Part shown: positions 55,554-64,000 of the stretch, piece by piece | Layout: the number at the start of each line of letters is the position of its first letter | Position numbering within the stretch: position 1 is the first letter of the stretch | NCBI RefSeq assembly: GCF_006345805.1 | Contig: NC_042997.1 | Coordinates: 16,244,001-16,308,000, forward strand | DNA: 64,000 bases | Reading direction: 5' to 3' | Origin: Octopus sinensis | Lineage: Eukaryota | Position numbers and translations under genes: made by a program | Notes under the pieces: model-generated | The model's database searches: none | What the model was told of the DNA's origin: nothing | Seen by the model: only the letters and a program-made list of their open reading frames with translations

Positions 55554-55946
55554 CTCTTTACTCTTTTACTTGTTTCAGTCATTTGACTGCGGCCATGCTG
55601 GAGCACCGCCTTTAGTCGAGCAAATCGACTTATTCTTTGTAAGCCCAGTACTTATTCTATCGGTCTCTTTTGCCGAACCGCTAAGTGACGGGGACGTAAA
55701 CACACCAGCATCGGTTGTCAAGCAATGCTAGGGGGACAAACTCAGACACACAAACACACACATATATATATATATACATATATACGACAGGCTTCTTCCA
55801 GTTTCCGTCTACCAAATCCACTCACAAGGCATTGGTCGGCCCGGGGCTATAGCAGAAGACACTTGCCCAAGATGCCACGCAGTGGGACTGAACCCGGAAC
55901 CATGTGGTTGGTTAGCAAGCTACTTACCACACACCCACTCCTGCGC

Positions 55947-55947
<1 letters not shown>
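55554..55947 (-). mobile_element. SINE family B, young subfamily, intronic, inverted relative to 54113
   Basis: Shares diagnostic bases (CATCTTGGG, CTGCTATAGCCCCGGG, CCAATGCC, CTAGCATTG). Confidence 0.92.
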
Positions 55948-55989
<42 letters not shown>

Positions 55990-56191
55990 TATATTTATAT
56001 ATTATTATTATATACACACACAACAACTGAAACCTTTCTGTGTTTATTTTTTATACTTGTCAGACTGATTTAAACGATGTTGGACATTGAACTGTTGTCT
56101 TTTTCTCACCACATAATTATTTCTGATCAAATTTTTTTCTTTTTAATGCTCCATTGTATTAAATACGTCAATATTAACTTAATCATTTCAG

Positions 56192-56275
56192 TATCTATTC
56201 AATGAACTCAAATGTAACTTCAACAATGTTCTGCTCAAACTGAATGCCTACTTTCCTCGTGTGCCTGCCAATAAT
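56192..56275 (+). CDS. TINF2: Coding exon C (84 nt; YLFNELKCNFNNVLLKLNAYFPRVPANN)
   Basis: tttcAG acceptor, GTAAGT donor, phase 0-0. VLLKLNAYFP matches TIN2 VLKALNHHFP. Too short to appear in the ORF track. Confidence 0.78.
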
Positions 56276-57054
56276 GTAAGTCTGTTTCTGTTTCATTTTT
56301 CTCTCCAACCTACCCATTCCATCAACCATTTTAACCATTTATAGTTATTGTTTTATTTATTTTGGGTATATATCAATTGTTGACATTTAGGGCAAAGACA
56401 TGAATGTGTAAGGAAAATATATAGTTGATTGAATCTGCACAATACATTTTTAAAATTTGTTGTTTTGAAAGGTTTTATTACACAGATTTCAGTAACCTAA
56501 AAGAAAATAGAAATTGTTTAAGTAATTTGCTTAGTGTTAACACAAATATATATTTAAGCATGTGTGTGTATATGTTGTACTCTTTCTTTCACCTTTTTGA
56601 GAAAGTCATTAGGAGCCTCTATGGTGTTGTTATTAGCATAATTATGGTCAAAGGCAATCCAGCATAACCATCTCAAATTTGTGTTTATCAGTGACTACAC
56701 TGTCCAATGTGTCCTTCATTTTCTCAAAACAGCAGTGTGAAAGTTGTGGGAGGTTTGGTTGGGTCCTGCTGTGTTACATAATGCAATTAAAAGTAAATTT
56801 ATTTTTGGTCGCCCAGAAAGTCTCCGCATGAAATTTAAGAACCACTTTCTGATGTATATCATATGGTACAATAACCAAGTCATCTATAGAAATATTCACT
56901 GATATTCTATAGAAACAATTTTTCCTAAGCTCTTTCTGTTTATTTTGGAAAACCTCAGGTCTCTTTTTTTAACCTAATAGACAGTAAAACTTTGATATTT
57001 TTGGTCCTGTTTTGAAACCTTTGTGATGTTCTGATAATTTTTTTTTTTCTGCAG

Positions 57055-57258
57055 GGAAATGAACAGTTGCTTGAAAAGCAGAGGAACTTTAGGAAATTTT
57101 TTCTGTCTCTAATCGCAAATAAAAGCCAAAGGAAACTATACTTAAATAATGAATTTAATTCAGAATTTGGTTGTGACTTCATGGAGAGCATTAAGACTTT
57201 AACTGATAAATTTTTAAGCAACTTAGAAACTTATCTGATGCCTCCAGTCATAGATCTG
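57055..57258 (+). CDS. TINF2: Coding exon D, C-terminal half of TINF2_N domain
   Basis: Long T-tract + gcAG, GTAAG donor at 57259, phase 0-0. QRNFRKFFLSLIANKSQRKLYLNNEFNSEFGCDFMESIKTLTDKFLSNLETYLMPPVIDL parallels TIN2 QETFYQQVKQL...[30 protein letters not shown]. Confidence 0.82.
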
Positions 57259-57345
57259 GTAAGTTTTTTTTTTTAAATGACATTGCTTTCCATTGTTTAT
57301 ATCATCATCATTTAATGTCTGTTTTCATGCTGGCATGGTTTAGAC

Positions 57346-57895
57346 CAGGGCTGGCCAACCTGAAGCCCCCGGGCCACATGCAGCCTGCAAATTTTTATCT
57401 TGTGGCCCGCTTGATACTTTCTTGAAATGGGTTTATTTAACTCTCTAGTGTTCAGATTACTCTGTTCAATGTAATACTTTCTCACTCAAATTGTTTTGAA
57501 TTAATCATGCATTATCTTATAGCTTTGAGGTTTCAATGATGTGATTGTTTATTTTTAGATTGTCAATGTAGGTTAGGTGTGAGAGGCCAGATCTTGCCAG
57601 TTTGAATATAAAACATATAGAATATTTGGGCCAGATATGGCCGGTTTAAACACTAAAGGGTTAAACAAACATTTTAAAAATTTTATCAAAAATTAAAGAT
57701 TGTAGTGAAAACTGAAAAGAAAGATACTACTGTTTTTGCAACAATAATATTTCATGTTAAATCAACAGGCATTCATTCATTATTGTAATAATAGCATGAG
57801 AAAGCAAAATGCTTTCAATTCTATCAGTATACAGGCCCTCAAATAACTTTCAGGATTAAAGTGGCCTGCAATGTAATTCGAGTTGGCCAGGACTA
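57346..57895 (+). mobile_element. hAT-type MITE
   Basis: TIRs CAGGGCTGGCCAAC / GTTGGCCAGGACTA and 8-bp TSD GTTTAGAC (57338-45, 57896-903). Confidence 0.85.
57437..57664. mobile_element. TTAA-flanked piggyBac-type MITE nested in the hAT MITE
   Basis: TTAA|CTCTCTAGTGTT ... AACACTAAAGGG|TTAA. Confidence 0.78.
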
Positions 57896-59397
57896 GTTTA
57901 GACAGTTTAACTGGTGCTGGAGAGCTGCACCAGGCTCCAGTCATCTGTTTTGACTGGATGACCTTCCTAATGCCTACTACTTTACAGAGTGTGGTTTACT
58001 TAAACAAGAATAAGTAGCCCCATCAATCTTTCCAGGGCCCCCAGAATCTTGATCTCAAATTAAACATTACTTTCTTCATAAAGAGAATATATAGTTTTGT
58101 GTGTGTGTTAGTTGATGGGCTGAGAGACATTCCCAAAGAGCTTTTGAAGTGGAAGTTTATTGATTATATTTAGAATAATTAACAGAAGAAACACTGTTGA
58201 ATGAGTGAGTAGAATTAGGGATGCTGCATTAATTACGTGGTAATTAATTGTTTGTCCTCATTGGAAAGAGTTATGATTAAATGCATTCCAGGCCTGACTA
58301 TTCCATCTTTATTTTGAAGGCATAGTTTTCCCTGGGCTTCAGTATTCTTAAAAGAAATAGTAAGTTGTGATATGAGGAAGATTTGACTGCCATTTCTAAC
58401 AGGTCAGACAACCACATAGTAGCTTGTTTGTTGGCTTAATTATTGTTGTTATAATTGTATCTTGTAAAAGGTTGTGACTAACTAGAGTCCCAAATAGGGT
58501 CAGATTGACTGCTTATTCTCATTGCAGCAGCTTCTATAATCTAATTAGGCCCTGAGCTTGCATAAAAACATTGTTAGGCTACACAGCTGCTTCTGTCATT
58601 CACTAGCAATTATGACTACCTTTGTGATTATTTAACTGTCATCCTCCAGCATATATCTTTGAACTATGCATGTCCAAGGTATGTATAAGTAGTATAAAGG
58701 TTACTGTGACATTGTCTCAGGAAAGCTGCAACTGTTTTTCCTCATCATCATAATCATCAACATTTAACATGCTGGTTTAGTTAGGATGGTTTGACAAGCT
58801 CCAATGGACCCAAGGACTGCATTGTGAAACAGTATCTGCTTTGGCATTTTACAGCATGCAGCTTGCAAGACTATGAGCCCCAGGATGGGGATGTACAAGC
58901 AACTTTGAGAGAAAATGGGAACTGGCAGGTTTCTTTTTGTAGAGGAGGTACATGACTACTCATATTTCAGAGGAAAGGGTTGGAGCTGGAAAGTGATGTG
59001 GGGGGGGGGGCGGTTAGAATGGACCTATAAAGTACAAGGTAAGTAGGAATCAGGAAAAATATGTTGTGATCGCAGCAGTGACTGGCCAAAAGATGCATTG
59101 GGTTCCGTGCATTCGCCTTTAATGCTTCCTCATAGCATGGTTTCATTTCTCATTTAATCCTTGTAGAATTAATCAGTTATTTGGTTTAACATCACTACCT
59201 GACACCTTGGTTACTTTCACTGGAGTTCATTTTGTTGCAGGCATTCAGACCAGCTCATTGGGTTGAGGATACATTCCTCTTTTCATTCCACCAGTCTGTG
59301 TGGCTCTATAAAGGTACATGGGCACTGTCCTTCCCTCCTAAATAAACAATAAATAATATATTCAGGGCAGTGGTGTAAATATACAAGGTAGGGCCAC

Positions 59398-59926
59398 TAG
59401 GTTGAGGTAAAAGTTCATGCGCCATGTTAAAATAATGATTTTTTATGCAAGAATTTATTCAAAATCAGCTACAATTATTCTTCAGAATAAAGACCCATGA
59501 CCTTCTGCCAATAATCTGCAAGCTTTCGGATTTGGTCAAAGTACCAATCCTTTGGCTTTGAATCAAAAAACTTTTGACAGGCTTCTTCAACAAAATATCA
59601 AATGACTCAAATCAACAACCTTTCATAAAGTGATGCATTGTTCAGAAGAGACTGTAGTCAGCTGGAGCAACGTCTAAACTATAGTCTGGATGCGGCAGAA
59701 CTTCCACACTGTCCAATTCTTCAATTTTGTTGCTAGTCTTTCTAGCAGTATGCAGCTTTGCATTGTCTTGCTGAAACAAAGCGCGTTTTCGACGAACGAG
59801 TCTTGGGTGCTTTTCAGCAGTGAGTCACCATTAAACATGACATGAACTGAATGAACACACACACACCACAAAAATATATAAAAAAGCATTATTTTAACAC
59901 AGCGCATGAACTTTTTCCTCAACCTA
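59398..59926 (-). mobile_element. Internally deleted mariner with both TIRs
   Basis: TAGGTTGAGGTAAAAGTTCATGCGC ... GCGCATGAACTTTTTCCTCAACCTA. Internal LFQQDNAKLHTARKT..LPHPDYSLDVAPADYSLF on the minus strand. Confidence 0.85.
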
Positions 59927-60269
59927 ATATTTAACATAATAGATGCACCTAAATTTCAGCAGCACATATTCAAAAAAGTTTTTAGTGCATTGAAGCTTAT
60001 AGGAGGAATCGAGTAGTGTTTTTTTTTTTTTACCCCAGACATTCTGTTAGGGTAAAAAACAAGTGCATCCTATATGCCAACAGCTATAGTATAATACCAC
60101 ACAAGTATAGTTACAACTTGATGCTGAAGACTTCCGTGTCTGCTGTCCAGGCTTACACCTTTTGAACTACTCCAATGCTTTATTCTGTAATGCAGTAAAT
60201 ATTCTTTTCTGCTCTAGGCACAAGGTCCGTAATTTTTTTTTTTTTTTTTTCTTTGGTTGGGGTGCAGTC

Positions 60270-60432
60270 AATTAGATTGACTCCTGTACGCAACTGGTAC
60301 TTAATTTATCAGCCCCAAAAGCATGAAAGGCAAAGTCGACATCGGCGGAATTTGAACTCCAAACGTAAAGACAGCTGAAATACTGCTAAGCATTTCGTCT
60401 GGCGTGCTAACGTTTCTGACCGCTCGCTGCCT
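60270..60432 (-). mobile_element. SINE family C fragment
   Basis: Head and core match. Confidence 0.78.
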
Positions 60433-60494
60433 TTATCAATCTTTATATCACTTTATCTCTTACATAAAATCTTTAATTCTCAAATATATAAAAA

Positions 60495-60645
60495 TATATA
60501 CTCAGGGCAGTGGTGTAAATATACAAGGTAGGGTCACTAGGTTGAGGTAAAAGTTCATACGCCATGTTAAAATAATGATTTTTTATGCAAGAATTTATTT
60601 AAAATCAGCTACAATTATTCTTCAGAATAAAGACCCATGACCTTC
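60495..60645 (+). repeat. Direct duplicate of 59355-59505 (flank + mariner end)
   Basis: About 150 bp near-identical at a 1140-bp offset. Confidence 0.9.
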
Positions 60646-60807
60646 AGCAAGCAAGAAAACATCGATTTATCAAGACTCGCTGCAGCGAGCTAGAATTGAA
60701 CAGTAACTGTTTTACTGCACATAAAAATTTTTTTAAATGTCAAGGGGAACAACTCCAAATCTCAAATAAAGAAGTTAAAATTGTATCTCACTTTTGGCTG
60801 CTATTTC

Positions 60808-61129
60808 TAGCAGCCAACTTGAATTACATTGTGGGCCACTTTAATCACAGAAAGCTTTTTTGAGGGCCGCTTGTATACTTTATGAACTAATAGTCAACTA
60901 ATCACATTACAGAATCAAGAATTTTTCATACTTTTCATTTGTTTGAAATTATAGAATTGTAGGCTATTGCTTTATTACCACTTACAAATTCTAAATTTAT
61001 TTTGAAACAAATGTTTCACACAAACAATTTTATTTTGAAATTAAACACAATAAAGAGGTCACCTATTTCAAGAAAGTATCAAGTGAGCTGCAAGATAAAT
61101 GTCTGCAGGCCACAGGCTGGCCAGCCCTG
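60808..61129 (-). mobile_element. Second copy of the hAT MITE, without the nested insertion
   Basis: Both ends match the reverse complement of the 57346-57895 termini. Confidence 0.75.
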
Positions 61130-61179
61130 GTGTAGAAGCTTCCTTGTGGACTCAAATCCATATATCTTTTATCTTGTAT

Positions 61180-61535
61180 TTGTTTTATTCATTAAACTGC
61201 AGCCATACTGGAGCACCACCTTGAAGGCTTTCGTTGAATAGGTTGACCCCAGTACTTCGTTTTAAGTCTGGTACTCAATGTATCAGTCTCTTTTGCAGGA
61301 CTGCTAAGTTATGGAGAAATAAACAAAGCAACACCAGATGTGAAGCAGTAGACACACACACACACACATATATGCAATGGGTTTCCACACAGTCTCCATC
61401 TATCAAATTCACTGACAAAGCATTGGTTGAGTGCCCATGGCTATACTAGAAGGCATTCATCGTAGGTGCTATGAAGTGGGACTGAACCCAAAACTACATG
61501 GTTGCAAATCAGACTTCTTTACCACACAGCCATGA
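61180..61535 (-). mobile_element. SINE family B, old and CpG-eroded
   Basis: Degenerate match along its length. Confidence 0.75.
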
Positions 61536-61887
61536 CTGGGCCTTTAGTTGGTTATGGTATTTTGTTTATCATTGTAATTATATGCCATAGATTGGAGCCT
61601 GGTGCAGCCTTCTGGTTTGCCAGCCCTCAGTCAAACTGTCCAACCCATGGCAGCATGGAAAGCAGATGTTAAACAATGTTGAGAGTAAGTATTGTTAAGC
61701 TTTCAGCAAATGCGGTGAACAGCCATTTTACTTACATTGCTAATATCCTTGAAAAAGGTATGAACGAGAGAGGATTATGGCTTTGTTAGAAAATATTCTT
61801 TTTCACTTGACCTTATGTCAAAATATCACAAGTATGATGTGCTTTTGTTTCAATATTGTGTTTTGATTTTTGTTTTATTTTTTATAG

Positions 61888-62123
61888 CTTTTGGCTTCTG
61901 ACAATTTCCAGAATTTGCCCGTTTTATCTCCAGAAACAGAAATGTTGTTGGATTTTATATACGATGTTAAAAACCAACCGAATGGAGATGAAGCGTCAGA
62001 TGGAGAGCAAGAAGAAAAGACTTTAATGTTCAAAGAACAGGATCTGTTGCATATGCTCAATCTGTTGTGTCCCCTTCACCCAGAAGAACCACCATCATTT
62101 GACCACCATATTATTCTAACAAG
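61888..62123 (+). CDS. TINF2: Coding exon E (LLASDNFQNLPVLSPETEMLLDFIYDVKNQPNG...HHIILT)
   Basis: T-tract + atAG acceptor, phase 0 start matching exon D, 236 nt open, AAG|GTAGCA candidate donor. An in-frame TAG follows at 62125. Confidence 0.7.
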
Positions 62124-62465
62124 GTAGCAGGAGTACTTCTTTTGTGGTTGATCTAAACATTATTTATAACAATTCTGTTAAAGCTGTCCAAACAAGCACT
62201 CTCTGTACAGTTTCGTTGGTGAAATTTAGTGTATTTTAATCGTAGGATTTTGAATGCAGTGTGATAGGTTTTATAACATTTCCCACTCTGAACACAATAG
62301 TGCAATTCACCTTGATGTAAATAAGTACCATAGGGTGGTGGTACAATTCACTGCTGTAAATAATTATAACATTACACAATTCATGTACAATTTCATTCAT
62401 TTACATTACTGTGTTTGTCATGGGTATAACTGCAAGAGAGAGAGAGAGATTGGTTCAATGAAAAT

Positions 62466-62696
62466 AAGGCGGCGAGCTGGCAGAATCGTTAGCACGTCGG
62501 GCGAAATGCTTAGCGGTATTTCGGCTGCCGTTACGTTGTGAGTTCAAATTCCGCCGAGGTCGACTGCCTTTCATCCTTTCGGGGTCGATAAATTAAGTAC
62601 CAGTTGAGCACTGGGGTCGATATAATCGACTTAATACCTATGTCTGTCCATGTTTGTCCCCTCTATGTTTAGCCCCTTGTGGGTAATAATGAAATA
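62466..62696 (+). mobile_element. SINE family C, full length
   Basis: 14-bp TSD GGTTCAATGAAAAT at 62452-65 and 62697-710. Confidence 0.92.
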
Positions 62697-63897
62697 GGTT
62701 CAATGAAAATGACTTATAAATCATATCAAAACAAAGTCCTTGGTGATATTCCAAATACCCAATATGAGATGGGAATTCCTAGCCATAAAGTATGAAATAA
62801 ATACCATATTGTAGCAATAATTTTGGGTTTCTCCAATTGAATTTTTTACCAGAATTCCACATTGTAGTCATTATCATCATCATCGTCATAACATCCACTT
62901 TTCCAAGCTTGCATAAATTACAGTTATGGCTATACTAAAATTATTTTTTTTTTTTGCAATTTTTGTTTTTAAGTATTTAACATAATGAATAATTCTTTTG
63001 AGACTCCTAAAATCTTGATAATGTGTATATGTGTGTGTTTGTGTTTGTGTAATTTGTAACTGCTTGTTTGATTTTTTTATTGCTGCATAACAATATTGTT
63101 CCAGTGGAGAAGATAGAAACAAAAAACAAAATGAAGAGCAGGTTCATTGAAGCTCATATCAGATTAAGAGTACTATGTTAGTGTTCTAGCCATGACCATC
63201 TCATCTTGTATTTAAACAATGCAGCCAGGACTACATTATTCATTTCAGTGTGTTCTTCTTTTAAGATGGTAGAGTGTAATGAGGAAAACCTGGCTGCTAT
63301 TTCTAGCAGTCTGATAGTCTACATAGAGGAGGCTCTCACACACTCTTTAGCCTTACCTGTCAGAGAATTATATTAATGTTTGTAATCAATTGCAACCACA
63401 GAATCATTAGAATTTCACAATTGTTTAGGATTTTCTGTAACTTCTAAACTTTAAGTTCTTTTCATAGTTATAATTAGTATATCTCTAGGTTAATTATGAG
63501 ATTTGTACTTGGAATTGTATCTTTTGTGTTTCCAAAAAAGACACATGATAGTCTCTAATGAGAAATAGTACATAATAAATGTTACTTGGAATAAACAGTA
63601 AAACACCAAGTGAAAATGAGTCGAGGGACCATTCCAATTTGTATAAAAGCAGATTGAGGTAAAAATTACTATTATTGCTTCTCTAGAAAAACATCCAGTC
63701 TGTTTAGGTTTGTCCTTTAGCCACTTTATTAAGTAAGTAATGAATTGACCCCTTTCTAGAGATTCTTTTTTTTAGGTTTGATAACTTTGGTATTACATCA
63801 TCAAAAAACTATTTCTTTCTTAATTCAAACAGAAATTAAAAAGTTTATATTTATTCTTGACTTTATAAGAGAAATATAATATTCTGTATTGTTACTT

Positions 63898-64000
63898 TTA
63901 ACCCTTTAGTGTTCGCATTATTCTGCCAAAATTAATGCTTTTTTTATCCACATTGTTTTGAACTAATCATGCATTATCTTGTAGCTATGAGATTTTAATG
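63898..64000. mobile_element. TTAA-flanked MITE cut by the window end
   Basis: TTAA|CCCTTTAGTGTT start, internal similarity to 57437. Confidence 0.65.

Overview
AT-rich, intron-containing animal genomic DNA. The SINE families, microsatellite density and transposon mix look like an Octopus (cephalopod) genome; this is recognition, not a database result. Bases 1 to ~44,400 look intergenic and are almost all repeats: three tRNA-derived SINE families, RTE/CR1-type LINE fragments, mariner, Tigger and Helitron relics, a Penelope-like element, a 29-bp minisatellite and many microsatellites. From ~44,450 to the window end, a + strand host gene can be assembled from five phase-compatible GT-AG exons (45565-45693, 47519-47730, 56192-56275, 57055-57258, 61888-62123). 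They encode a TINF2_N/TRFH-like domain resembling the shelterin subunit TIN2; the 3' end probably lies outside the window. The most notable features are: the TIN2-like gene; recurring minimal hammerhead-ribozyme-like motifs with compensatory stem changes and non-canonical cores; several long near-perfect fold-back palindromes; a dispersed 14-mer (AAGGGAAGTAACTC); and an inverted pair of young SINEs beside a small exon. Most ORFs in the supplied track are microsatellite or SINE artefacts. No CRISPR, rRNA or genuine tRNA genes were found.
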